Source: Methanotrichaceae archaeon (GTDB lineage: Archaea; Halobacteriota; Methanosarcinia; Methanotrichales; Methanotrichaceae). Taken from it: a DNA stretch of 64,000 nucleotides. Shown one piece after another: positions 48,074 to 58,220 of this stretch. The stretch is taken from the NCBI GenBank assembly GCA_963803145.1, contig CAWDLW010000017.1:128001-192000 (forward strand), read 5' to 3'. The position numbers were made by a program, and so were the translations under genes. The notes under the pieces were generated by a model. That model worked only from the letters and a program-made list of their open reading frames with translations. It was not told the origin of the DNA and did no database searches. Numbering within the stretch: position 1 is the stretch's first letter; every line of letters begins with the position of its first letter.

Positions 48074-49811
48074 AGGCACCAAGTCCCAGAGTGGGGGTGA
48101 ACTTCAGCACGAAGATTAGTACGTAGAAAATCGCGCCCAGAACAAGCCCCATTGGAACTCCGAGCTTCGCATACTCTTTGCTGGTAATCCCCAGCTTTCC
48201 TGCTGATATGATGTTGGGGATATTGCCGGGGATCAGCATTCCGCCGAAGATCAGCAGACCCATCAGAGCAGCGGTGATCTGAGCCTGGCTCATTGCCGGT
48301 GAGACCTCGGCCGCAGTCAGAGTGGCGTTGTCCAGAATGGCCGAAACCATGTTGAGCCAATACAGGACAAAATCCGGGATGTGGGTGAAGTACTTGAAGA
48401 TGATGACCTCCATTCCGGCGCCGAGAAGGAACAGAGCGGCTACGAATACGTAAACCTTGGCTGCTCTGACAACGACCTCTCTTAAGCCACCTTCGTCAAT
48501 GATCTCATTGACCTCTGCCTTGCCTGCCCTCTTGCCCACATAAAATGCTCCGAATGCAGCGCATAAGGCACAGCCCAGGATGATGAGTACACCAAGCTGG
48601 TCGAAGAGATACCAGAAGCCTGCGTGATAGGGCATACCCTGCAGTTTGGTTATGGCGATAGTGGACAGAGGCTCACCTAATGGAGTAAGCACTGCTCCAA
48701 GGCCTATGGAGAAGCAGCTGATTATGACAAGGTTGATCTTATCCTTGCGCTCCATTGGCATCAGGTTGACGATCTCAACAAGGAACAGCGATGTGATGAT
48801 GGCTGTGATAACGCTTGAGATCATTCCACAGAGGAATACAATTGCGAAGACCAGCATAGGCATGGGAAATGATTTCACTAGGCCATTCATAACGCCCTTG
48901 AAGGCATTTTTCCCATAGAAGAATACAAGGCCTGCAACCAGTACAGCGGGCACTATGCCCTTCAGAACCGGCTCCTCTGCGGCCAGCTTTACAAGGCCGA
49001 ATTCCCATTTGCTGGTTAGGGTGACTGCTAGGGCACCCATGACAAACAGAAATGCCTCAAGGTTCTTTTCAGCCAGCTTCACCTTGAAAGGTGCAGCCAA
49101 TACTGTTAGGAATATAGCAAACAAGCCTATATCGACAGGGGTTACACCGTAGCCTAAGTCGAGCGGCGCTGTCTGCATCATCGAGATCCTGCTTCCGGCT
49201 GCTGCAGCTATAATAGCCACTGCTAAACTTGCCGCAGCTGATATGAGCATATAGAACCCATTATCATATCTTGCTGAATGGGATCTTAGGTACCTGGTTA
49301 TGCCGACGAAGGATATGCCCCAGATTACCAGCACTGCCAATGCCGTCATGATATTGGCAGTGGTAGCTAGACCCATTTCGGCCGGAGCGGTCTGTACAAT
49401 CAAGAATCTGCTTGCTGTTGCAGCCGCTATTGCCACAGCTAAACTCACAAATATGGAGAATAGCATGTAAAACCCATTGTCGTATTGAGTGGAATGGGAT
49501 TTCATATATCTGGTTATGCCGACGAAGGATATGCCCCAGATTATCACCACTGCGATAGCCGTTATGACGTCGGCGGTTGTTGCCAATCCCATGCCGACAG
49601 GGGTCGTCTGCACCATCAAAAGCTTGCTTGCAGTTGCAACCGCTATTGCCACAGCTAAACTCACAAATATGGAGAATAGCATGTAAAACCCATTGTCTTC
49701 ATGGATCGAATGTGATCTTACGTATTTGTTTACCCCTGCGAAGGATAAACCCCAGGTTATTAGTGTTGCTATTGGGGTTATCATGCTTGTGGTTTCTATC
49801 CCTGCATACAT
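48072..49811 (-). CDS. DUF1646 family transporter with three N-terminal 72-aa membrane repeats
   Basis: C-terminal ~360 aa closely matches the 372-aa copies (EKNLEAFLF, LTPLGEPLSTI, DNATL, GGMLIPGNIPN); DNGFYML recurs every 216 nt. Confidence 0.88.
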   Translation of the reverse strand: MYAGIETTSMITPIATLITWGLSFAGVNKYVRSHSIHEDNGFYMLFSIFVSLAVAIAVATASKLLMVQTTPVGMGLATTADVITAIAVVIIWGISFVGITRYMKSHSTQYDNGFYMLFSIFVSLAVAIAAATASRFLIVQTAPAEMGLATTANIMTALAVLVIWGISFVGITRYLRSHSARYDNGFYMLISAAASLAVAIIAAAAGSRISMMQTAPLDLGYGVTPVDIGLFAIFLTVLAAPFKVKLAEKNLEAFLFVMGALAVTLTSKWEFGLVKLAAEEPVLKGIVPAVLVAGLVFFYGKNAFKGVMNGLVKSFPMPMLVFAIVFLCGMISSVITAIITSLFLVEIVNLMPMERKDKINLVIISCFSIGLGAVLTPLGEPLSTIAITKLQGMPYHAGFWYLFDQLGVLIILGCALCAAFGAFYVGKRAGKAEVNEIIDEGGLREVVVRAAKVYVFVAALFLLGAGMEVIIFKYFTHIPDFVLYWLNMVSAILDNATLTAAEVSPAMSQAQITAALMGLLIFGGMLIPGNIPNIISAGKLGITSKEYAKLGVPMGLVLGAIFYVLIFVLKFTPTLGLGA

Positions 49812-49859
49812 TTTCGTTCACCTTCAAATTTTAATCGCTATTTCTGCTGCTATCTCTCC

Positions 49860-50627
49860 TTAGAAATTGGCTCCAAACGCCACCCCAACAAGGAGAATGG
49901 CCCCTACAAACATGCACGCCTTTGCACTCCACATTGCTATATTTTTAACTCCGTTTTTAAGTCCGTCTCTGCCTTCCGTGGCCTGTATCTCCATAGCAGT
50001 CACCTTCTCCTCAATGAAGAAAACGCTGATCAAACCGAGCGCCAGTATACATAGTATTACATACAGGCTTTGCAGTTCCAATGGCAAGACATTTATCGAA
50101 GGGAGAGATCCCTGCATTTTCGTTATGGCTATTGTAGAGTACGGCGTCTCTACCAGAGCCAGAACTGCTCCCAGGCATATGGATAAGCTTGCCATTATCG
50201 TAAGTTTTGCCCGTGTCCTGCGCTTAAGAGGCAGATGGTTCACCACCTCCACTAGCAAGAAGAACGGTAGTATAGGTGTGATGATGATTGCAGAAAGTCC
50301 AAGCACGACTACAATCTCCAAGAATATTACTTTCAGAGTGATTTCATCCAGGAGAGCGTCATTTATGCCGCGCAAAAAGTGTGGGCCTAGGTAGTGTGCT
50401 GTCAGTCCAGCCACCAACACAGATAGCACGATACCGACTATGATCGGTTCCTGGATTGCCTCCTCCACGAGACCTATGTGCCAGGATCTGGATATAGCAA
50501 CAGCGCATATGCCCATCAGAAATAAGAAAGTTTCAATGTTTTGTTCAATCCTTTTAACCAAGAGCGGACCTAAAAGTATGGCCACAAATATTGGAATCAA
50601 TCCTAATTCAACTGGGGCAAGCGCCAT
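49860..50627 (-). CDS. Divergent, C-terminally shortened DUF1646-like protein
   Basis: EQNIETFLFLMG and STIAITKMQG present; DNATL and GNIPN motifs absent. Confidence 0.78.
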   Translation of the reverse strand: MALAPVELGLIPIFVAILLGPLLVKRIEQNIETFLFLMGICAVAISRSWHIGLVEEAIQEPIIVGIVLSVLVAGLTAHYLGPHFLRGINDALLDEITLKVIFLEIVVVLGLSAIIITPILPFFLLVEVVNHLPLKRRTRAKLTIMASLSICLGAVLALVETPYSTIAITKMQGSLPSINVLPLELQSLYVILCILALGLISVFFIEEKVTAMEIQATEGRDGLKNGVKNIAMWSAKACMFVGAILLVGVAFGANF

Positions 50628-51204
50628 CTTGAGATCACCACATGAGATACGTCTTCGCCTTTGATTTAAATCAAAATTGGTGTTAATTCATATTAAAGCT
50701 TTTTGATATCCAAAACGGAAAAATATATTAATTATCGATCATGACGGTCATCTATTGTAGGATGACATATGATCCAACTTCAGAAAGCGAACGACGGGCT
50801 TTTCCTTCGACTGATGATTTTAATTTGGACTTATCATAAATTTATTATTAGTGCCAAATCCCTATTAAAGGTTTTCGTATCCACAAAAGAGGTTATATAT
50901 TAATTATTAACCATATAGTTTTTTCTTTTAGCCAGAAAGGATCGTAGTCCCGGACAATTCTGGTTTTACACCAATCATAATGATACAAATGGGATCAAAT
51001 GTTTACTTCATCAATGATTCATTAAGAAATCAAATTTAAATTATTTTATCTTATTTATTAAAACATTTCTTTTTATCATATAACTGCTCGCGATGGCCAT
51101 GATGTCTTGCTTCCATATCCGTTCTGGTTTTTCCATTGCTTGGATACGCCTACTCCAACAATTCGGCCAGGCTAATGCTATCGGAGTTAAGCTCAAAATG
51201 GAGA

Positions 51205-51633
51205 TTATGAGAAATGTTGAGATTGGATACCAATTATGGTTAGATTTAGTATATAAATGCCCCAACAGAATGATAGAAGGCCGATGAATATTAAGCTGAG
51301 CCCTGTGGGATTATGGAATATCATTGTTTCCCGGATGCCATTTATTGAGCCGATTAATCCGCTAAATGCCATTAGCATACCCATGATGCCCGCGGATAAT
51401 CTACAGAGTCTTGCGATCCATTCATTTCCTATAAATTGTCTGGTGGCAGGATCGACTAAGCTTAGCACATATATTCCTCCAAACGATGTGAAAATGCCAG
51501 CCGTGATAACAGTAAGGTCTCCCTTGCCGATGACTAATGCCATCGTCCCCCCAATTATCACCAACAGCCATCCAGTGGCAACAGTCGCGGTTCTTCTCGG
51601 CTTCATTAGTGCTCTCTCATTTAACATTACCAT
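51205..51633 (-). CDS. Hypothetical 4-TM membrane protein
   Basis: 142-aa ORF with four hydrophobic segments. Confidence 0.5.
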   Translation of the reverse strand: MVMLNERALMKPRRTATVATGWLLVIIGGTMALVIGKGDLTVITAGIFTSFGGIYVLSLVDPATRQFIGNEWIARLCRLSAGIMGMLMAFSGLIGSINGIRETMIFHNPTGLSLIFIGLLSFCWGIYILNLTIIGIQSQHFS

Positions 51634-52533
51634 CGATGATTAAATATTCCATTATCGAGAGGCCCATCCGAGGCCGCCAGCCAATCCACAAAGCTGATCC
51701 ACAAAGAACTGCAATGAGGCTCAAAGGCACAAAGGACTCACAATTTGGGTGCCTTCATAGCATAAAAGCATCTACGATTGCGGCTCCTTGAGTGAACTTT
51801 CTGTTGAGTTCTGATTGGCTATCTCCTATCCAATTCAGAACCACCAGAAATACTCTAGATACCGCCGACAAATTCTCATGGTGGAATGAGTTCAGCCATG
51901 CTTACAGGAGCTAAGGCAGACCAGACACTGATGGGAACATTACGGTAGCTAGAACAGCCAGGCACAACGTTCCAAGCAAAAAGGCTATTGCAAGCGTTTT
52001 ATCGCTCATTTCGACCTCCTTTTCTCATCGATTTACCATTTATTTCAATGAACAATTTAGTATTTATGCTTTTCTTGAAAGGTATGAAACAGAGAACAAA
52101 TATTTGGAAATATAATTATGTGCCTTAAAATTAATATTAACGATAAAAAAGACATTTAAGCGCATTTGACGCCAATTTTAAGTAACAGTGGCCAAGAAGA
52201 TTAATATGATGTTTTCTCAATAATTCATGATATTAGATATCCAAAATGGATAATAGCTCTCAAAGTATTTAAACTTCTAATCATGTGTCCAAAGAAAAAA
52301 ACACCAAGATGTATTCAATAACAAACCTAATTGAACTTATTGATTAAATTGCTAGCTATTTCTGAAAATTAATCGTTAAATGGGGAATCTTAAATTGATT
52401 AGGTATAAAGCAGGATTTATTTCAAATAACCAAAAATCCTTATGATTGTTATAATATGCGTAATTGGTTCGCCATGTTTACGAATATATGTTAAAAAAAG
52501 GGGCGGTCCTTTTGATGATCCTGGTTAAAGCCT

Positions 52534-53394
52534 TCAGCCAGCCCTAACCACTAGAACCGGCCTGTCAGCCATCCTAGCCACATCATATGTTGTGCTCCCC
52601 ACAGTCAACTGCTCGAGCCATCCTTTTCCATGAGAGCTCATCGCGATCAAGGATACATCCTCTTTATTTGCAAGGTTGCTTATCTCCTGGGCTGGGTTAC
52701 CTATGCTGGCATAAACCTTTGCCTTCAGGCTGTCTCTCTCAAGCTCCTCCTTGATGGCATTTAGCTTTTCAATTGCGTCCTCTCTATGGGCGTCTATATC
52801 ATTCCAAGTCTCTCCCCGGAAAACCACATGCTGCAGCACTATTTCCCCAATACCCTCGATCCCCTTTACGAAGCCGAGCGTCTCTGCCGCAGGCTCTGAA
52901 AAATCAGTCGGACAGAGCACCTTAGAGAAGGGTTGAGAGCAAACCATGTCCAGAGTCGGTCCTTCGCGATCATCCAGCATCTTATAGCGCATGAGCAGGA
53001 GGTTTGTATTCCCATAGCGCAAGACATCTTTAGCGACATTTCCAAGGAGGATGCCTTCGACGAGCCCCTTCCCGCGTGCCCCCATTGCAATCAGGGAAAC
53101 TTTTTCTTCATCGGCAATCTTCTGTACCATGCGTGGGATCGCGCCCTCCATGATGGTCTCCGTTTTCGTCTTGACATTGAGATCGCTGCCCTCCAGGAAC
53201 TTCTTCTGCTCGGCCAGCTTGACTTTGGCCTCTTCGATCCGTCCACCTGGGTCCCATACCCTGGCGAGAGGGTCCGCCGGGCCGATGATGTGTAGGAGTA
53301 CAACATCTTTGACGCCAGGAAGCGCTTTTATACACTCAATAACCTTCTGCGAATGCTTTGAGAAGTCTGTAGGCACAAGAACCTTTTCAAACAT
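52534..53394 (-). CDS. Tandem-domain universal stress protein
   Basis: Two KVL.PTDFS motifs, MGARG and GSTTYDV..M..RPVLVV. Confidence 0.92.
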   Translation of the reverse strand: MFEKVLVPTDFSKHSQKVIECIKALPGVKDVVLLHIIGPADPLARVWDPGGRIEEAKVKLAEQKKFLEGSDLNVKTKTETIMEGAIPRMVQKIADEEKVSLIAMGARGKGLVEGILLGNVAKDVLRYGNTNLLLMRYKMLDDREGPTLDMVCSQPFSKVLCPTDFSEPAAETLGFVKGIEGIGEIVLQHVVFRGETWNDIDAHREDAIEKLNAIKEELERDSLKAKVYASIGNPAQEISNLANKEDVSLIAMSSHGKGWLEQLTVGSTTYDVARMADRPVLVVRAG

Positions 53395-53776
53395 AAATAG
53401 CTCACCGATTGTAATCATAATTCATCACATTTCAATTTATCTACGATGATTAGAGTTGCAAAGGATACACGAACATGCTCAATAACCGGAGGGGATTTGA
53501 GTTACTGATCAGGATGAATCGCTATCATGCTAAGTGGCATATCTTCCAAGAGCAGGATTTTACCACCACCTATTGAGCATGTTCGGATATACTTTAAATT
53601 CATTCTCTAATTTAGGAAGTTAAAGTGCGGAATGTGGGTTCAAACCGATTTATGGCGCAATCGTCTCAAAATCTAGCGTCAATTTTTTTAGCATATAATG
53701 AATATGATCCGTATTTTATAGGGCTCTTCGCGAGTTGGCCTCAAGGAATGTCGAATGCCAAATTTTAAAGTGTGAT

Positions 53777-55132
53777 CTAGAGGAACCCGACGGCGCCATG
53801 ATTATCACGCGTGAGGAATTTTATCAGATCGCCAGAAGTGATGAATCCCCAGAGCACTCCTTTATCCACAACTACGAGCTGGTTTGCGTTCGTCTTATTT
53901 AATATCTTTATCGCGTTAATTATAAACTCATCCGAGTTAATGGTCATGAAACCATAGGTTACGATATCCTCTACTTTCAAATCGGTTCTACCTTCTGCTA
54001 CCACTCTAGCTACATCTAACATGTTTATAAGACCAGGTGGTCTGGTTTCAACGATGGCCTCACGAACACCATTATTGATCAATATCTTGGATGCCTCCTG
54101 AAGAGAGGCATCGGCTCTGATGCGGACTGCACGCCGAGCAATCTTGCCAACTGAGATTCTGGGAATCGAGATAATCTCTTCCACATCTAGGATAAGTCTG
54201 TTTAGTATGTAGTCTTGTCCCATTAACTTGCCACGAATGTATAGGTTGTTAAAAGTAATGGGCCCAACCTCGATCTCATCCCCTATGTCGAAGTTTCTGA
54301 TATTGCCGATTATGCGAATAAGTCCATTGCGTTGCTGGTAGGGGCGCATGACATTATTAAAGATTATTTCGTTTGCATTTACGCCCTCAACTGCTACACC
54401 ATTTCTGATAACAGGTACGGCTATTTCGCTTCCGTCTCCGTTGTGGTCTAAGCCTAAGGTCTCGAATGCTGCATCCGTGGCCTTATAGCCACCCCTGGGA
54501 CCAGTGACGCTTTCTACTAGACATAAGACCTTCAGAGATTGCATTTGGTTCCTTATTGTTCCAGGGTGTCGGTTTATCAACTCTGCGATCTCCTTGCTCT
54601 TGGTAGCCAGGCTCCCTTGGCGGTGAAGGTTGATCAAAGTGGTTAATGTTTCCCTCTGACCTGGTGTTAATTCTATTTTGACCCCCAGACTAAGTAATCC
54701 GATAGCAGCTATGCCAATTATTGTATATGGGTAAGGAATCGCAAAGAAGTTCGTGGTAAATGGCGACCCCCCAAATCTCATAGATGTTATTGGGGAGATA
54801 GGCGAATCAACAATAGTCATTGCTCCCAAGGCTGTAGAGAGACCTCCCATCATCACAAATTTTGTCATTGCCCTGCGATCGAAGAAAATGAGGAGTGCGA
54901 TCGCACCGAGCATTAAGAACGAAAGTATCGGTGTGATTAAAATAGCTAATAGCCCTAGCATGACTACAGCCACGGTTAATACTACATTAGGCGGATTTTT
55001 TTGCAACACAGAGGCCAATTTGCTATCGAACCATAACTCTCTGCGACGGACTAATGCTTTTAATAAAGGCATAGCTAGTGCTATAGCTACCACAGCATTC
55101 GAATACAACTTTGATAGATATTGCCGTAGCAT
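53777..55132 (-). CDS. HTH-CBS transcriptional regulator (COG2524-like) with N-terminal half-DUF1646-like membrane domain
   Basis: ELTPGQRETL..LI.L, EIAELINRHPGTIRNQMQSLK.L.LVE.V.GPRGGY and a C-terminal CBS pair; N-terminal LGLLAILITPIL. Confidence 0.8.
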   Translation of the reverse strand: MLRQYLSKLYSNAVVAIALAMPLLKALVRRRELWFDSKLASVLQKNPPNVVLTVAVVMLGLLAILITPILSFLMLGAIALLIFFDRRAMTKFVMMGGLSTALGAMTIVDSPISPITSMRFGGSPFTTNFFAIPYPYTIIGIAAIGLLSLGVKIELTPGQRETLTTLINLHRQGSLATKSKEIAELINRHPGTIRNQMQSLKVLCLVESVTGPRGGYKATDAAFETLGLDHNGDGSEIAVPVIRNGVAVEGVNANEIIFNNVMRPYQQRNGLIRIIGNIRNFDIGDEIEVGPITFNNLYIRGKLMGQDYILNRLILDVEEIISIPRISVGKIARRAVRIRADASLQEASKILINNGVREAIVETRPPGLINMLDVARVVAEGRTDLKVEDIVTYGFMTINSDEFIINAIKILNKTNANQLVVVDKGVLWGFITSGDLIKFLTRDNHGAVGFL

Positions 55133-55393
55133 GAATAATCTCCCTTAGAAAGACAACTTCTGCTTATGATTTCTCAGGTTGTTTGCCCCATAATATTCGA
55201 CATGGTTCGTAACCGGATTCTTAATATATCTGATATAGGAACAAATAGGTGTATTTACAATATTTAATGATTTTGGTTAATGAGGATATTTTGTATAACT
55301 CTGAACCCTGGGGGAAGCAAGAATATATGATGCAGGAATAGCGTAATAATAGAAGTCAACGGCAAATTAGGTCTTAAGAAACATGGAAAAGAG

Positions 55394-55579
55394 CTAACTT
55401 ACCTTCTCGATGAACCGATGCTTTGTCTTCCTTCCATAGACAACTATTTCTTCCTCTTCGCCCAGGTCCAACTGGTTATGTCCTTTTATCAGCGAATAAT
55501 ATGTTACCACGATGGTCAACAGGGCTATCCCTATAGCCACCAGCACATTTAATAAAGTAGGTATATAGATGGGTGCCAT
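55394..55579 (-). CDS. Small single-TM protein
   Basis: 61 aa; TM helix followed by an acidic/basic tail; BRE-TATA-like sequence upstream. Confidence 0.5.
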   Translation of the reverse strand: MAPIYIPTLLNVLVAIGIALLTIVVTYYSLIKGHNQLDLGEEEEIVVYGRKTKHRFIEKVS

Positions 55580-55780
55580 TTTATATCACTATGTTATAGA
55601 TTACATGGCGGATAATGTAAATAGTTTTGGATACCTGTAACTTTTTTCTTGCATTGCAGTGTTGGATAAGTCCACAAAATCAGCAAGCTTAAGGCCGTTT
55701 ATGTTAGTATTGGATACCACCCACAATTGATATCACGAGGCGAAATTTCGAACAGTTATCCAACACAGCAGGATGACCTT

Positions 55781-56391
55781 ACCATAAAGAATTTCCCCTA
55801 ACGATCGACAATACTATTTGTATGCCGGATATCGCAGTCATAAGCGATCGCAATTTCCTGTTTGAAAAGCTCTTCCAGGATCTGGGAGTAAGCTACCAGT
55901 TCCTTCAGCCTAGCATCCTCGGAAGCCCCTTTTTGCCTCAGTACAAGATGGTTCTGATACCGACGGGCTTTGCCCATCCACAGTACTCCAAGGCGCTCCC
56001 TGCTCTGCAGAGGACCAGGTCAAATATCTCTGAGTTTGTGCGAAAAGGCGGAGTTCTAACAGTCTTCGGGCCGATGGTGGAACATAATTATGAGTGGCTG
56101 CCGCTTAAGCTGAAGTATGTCTGCGAGTACGGCTCACATACTGTAGAGCCATCGGATGATGAGTGCTCCTGCCTGCTTTGCACCTTAACGCCGGAGTGCG
56201 ACGGCTACCTTGTTCCTGGCGAGGGTTTCGACACCGTTCTAAAGAATTCAAAGGATAGAGCCATTATTGTTGCAGGGAAGTACGGCGAGGGCATGATCGT
56301 AGCCACATCGGTTCATGAGTTTCCGGCCGGAGACTACATAAAATGGGCGCTTGGAAAGGCTAAGCCAGCCAGGATCTGAAATGGCTGAGGA
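55781..56391 (+). repeat. 611-bp direct repeat, copy 2
   Basis: Matches 32763..33373. Confidence 0.95.
55822..56379 (+). CDS. Hypothetical protein (class I GATase-like fold), copy 2
   Basis: 175 of 185 aa identical to 32804..33361. Confidence 0.8.
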   Translation: MPDIAVISDRNFLFEKLFQDLGVSYQFLQPSILGSPFLPQYKMVLIPTGFAHPQYSKALPALQRTRSNISEFVRKGGVLTVFGPMVEHNYEWLPLKLKYVCEYGSHTVEPSDDECSCLLCTLTPECDGYLVPGEGFDTVLKNSKDRAIIVAGKYGEGMIVATSVHEFPAGDYIKWALGKAKPARI

Positions 56392-56608
56392 TGCCATCGT
56401 AAAGCGGAGCAAGAACCGGCAGGAGATCGAGGACCTTCTGAAACAGAAGGGATATGTGATTGAGAAGATCTCCGTCCTGAACATGGACTCGGGCGAGATC
56501 CATTATTTTGAGAGCTATCCTGATGCTATTGAGTTCCTGAAGGGCAGGAAGGGAAGGTGGTATATCACCACGCCGGGCATCAGGCGATCAAATATCGAGA
56601 AACGTTAA
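56381..56608 (+). CDS. Hypothetical protein
   Basis: 75-aa ORF starting 1 nt after the upstream stop; only its first 11 nt are present at repeat copy 1. Confidence 0.7.
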   Translation: MAEDAIVKRSKNRQEIEDLLKQKGYVIEKISVLNMDSGEIHYFESYPDAIEFLKGRKGRWYITTPGIRRSNIEKR

Positions 56609-56706
56609 TCAATGCACCAATATATACAATCAACGATTATAATGCAGATTGATATTATGATCATAATATTAGTATGGCAGCTATTTTGGTTCCTAAAAAA
56701 GAGAAT

Positions 56707-56730
56707 GAAAAGCGGTGCTTTCGCACCACT
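56707..56730 (-). terminator. Hairpin plus U-tract after the DUF1646 gene
   Basis: Minus strand GTGGTGC-GAAA-GCACCGC-TTTTCATT; related to 58197..58220. Confidence 0.6.
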
Positions 56731-57849
56731 TTAGGCTATTCCCAGTCTCGGGGTAAAGTGCAGAATGTATATCAGCACGAAGAAGAATGCGCCCAGAACA
56801 ATACCGAATGGAACTCCGAGCTTGGCGTATTCGCTGCTGGTGATGCCCAGCTTTCCTGCGGATATGATGTTGGGGATGTTTCCGGGGATCAGCATTCCGC
56901 CGAAGATGAGAAGACCCATCAATGCGGCATTGATTTGATCCTGAGCCATGGCTGGAGATAGCTCGGCTGAGGTCAGGGTTGCGTTATCCAGGATGGCCGA
57001 GAGCATGTTCACCCAGTACAGAACCATGGACGGTATGTGGGTGAAGTACTTATCGATGAGAACGTTCATTCCGTCGCCGAGCAGGAACAGGGCTGCTACG
57101 AATACGTAAACCTTGACAGCTCTGACGATGACCTCTCTGAGGCCTCCCTCATCGGTAATCTCCTTGACCTCTGCCTTGCCGGCCTTGCCAACGTAGAATG
57201 CTGCGAAGGCGGAGACTATGGCACAGCCCAATATGATCAGTACGCCTAGCTGGTCGAATAGGTACCAGAAGGTTGCATAATATGGTGCACCCTGCAGCTT
57301 CGTAATGGCGATTGTTGACAGAGGCTCACCCAGGGGAGTGAGAACTGCTCCAAGACCGATGGAGAAACAGGCGAGGATGACCAGATTGATCTTGTTAATG
57401 CGCTCCATTGGCAGCAGGTTAACAATCTCTACAAGGAACAGCGATGTGATGATGGCTGTGATAACGCTTGAGATCATTCCACAGATAAAGACAATCAAGA
57501 AGACCAGCGCAGGCATTGGAACCGATTTTACCAGGCCGTTCATGACGCCCTTAAAGGCGCCCTTTCCATAGAAGAATATGAGGCCTGCAATGAGCACTGC
57601 TGGGACTATGCCTTTTAATATTGGCTCTGATGCAGCCAGTACGATCAGGTCCATACGCCAGCCGTGAACTCCGGAATTCGTGACGACGCCCGTGGTTACG
57701 GTGACGGCTAATGCGCCCATAACAAACAGGAATGCCTCAAGGTTCTTTTCAGCTAACTTCACCTTGAAAGGTGCAGCCAATACTATCAAGAATATAGCAA
57801 ATAAACCTATATCAACTGCGGTTACTACTTGGCCCGCAATCTCTACCAT
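56731..57849 (-). CDS. DUF1646 family predicted ion transporter
   Basis: EKNLEAFLF, SSVITAII, LTPLGEPLSTI, SAILDNATL and GGMLIPGNIPNII motifs. Confidence 0.9.
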   Translation of the reverse strand: MVEIAGQVVTAVDIGLFAIFLIVLAAPFKVKLAEKNLEAFLFVMGALAVTVTTGVVTNSGVHGWRMDLIVLAASEPILKGIVPAVLIAGLIFFYGKGAFKGVMNGLVKSVPMPALVFLIVFICGMISSVITAIITSLFLVEIVNLLPMERINKINLVILACFSIGLGAVLTPLGEPLSTIAITKLQGAPYYATFWYLFDQLGVLIILGCAIVSAFAAFYVGKAGKAEVKEITDEGGLREVIVRAVKVYVFVAALFLLGDGMNVLIDKYFTHIPSMVLYWVNMLSAILDNATLTSAELSPAMAQDQINAALMGLLIFGGMLIPGNIPNIISAGKLGITSSEYAKLGVPFGIVLGAFFFVLIYILHFTPRLGIA

Positions 57850-58196
57850 GATATCACCTCTTTTCTTATCCCTCCAACATTCGCCTATTTTACCTTTTTG
57901 GCATAAAGAGTAAAAGGTTAAATAGTAATAAAGGAAAAAGAGGAAAATGTAAAATTAGTATACGTTCAACCACTCGAATAAATGGAGGTTAAAGAAAGAA
58001 GGTAGTCTACCTGTGCTGGGTTGATGAATATAGAGATTATAGCAGAAGACCACCTGCCTGACATCCTGACATCGACCTGGAGAAATCCAATCGAGATTCG
58101 AGGGAGACCACCTGGGATAGACTAACTTGATTTTGTTAGACTACCAAGAAAGAACAACAAAGAAAAAGAAAGTTCTTAAAATCTGAAAAATAGAAT

Positions 58197-58220
58197 GAAA
58201 AGCGATGCTTTTGCACCGCT
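58197..58220 (-). terminator. Hairpin plus U-tract after the DUF1646 gene
   Basis: Minus strand AGCGGTGC-AAAA-GCATCGCT-TTTCATT. Confidence 0.6.
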
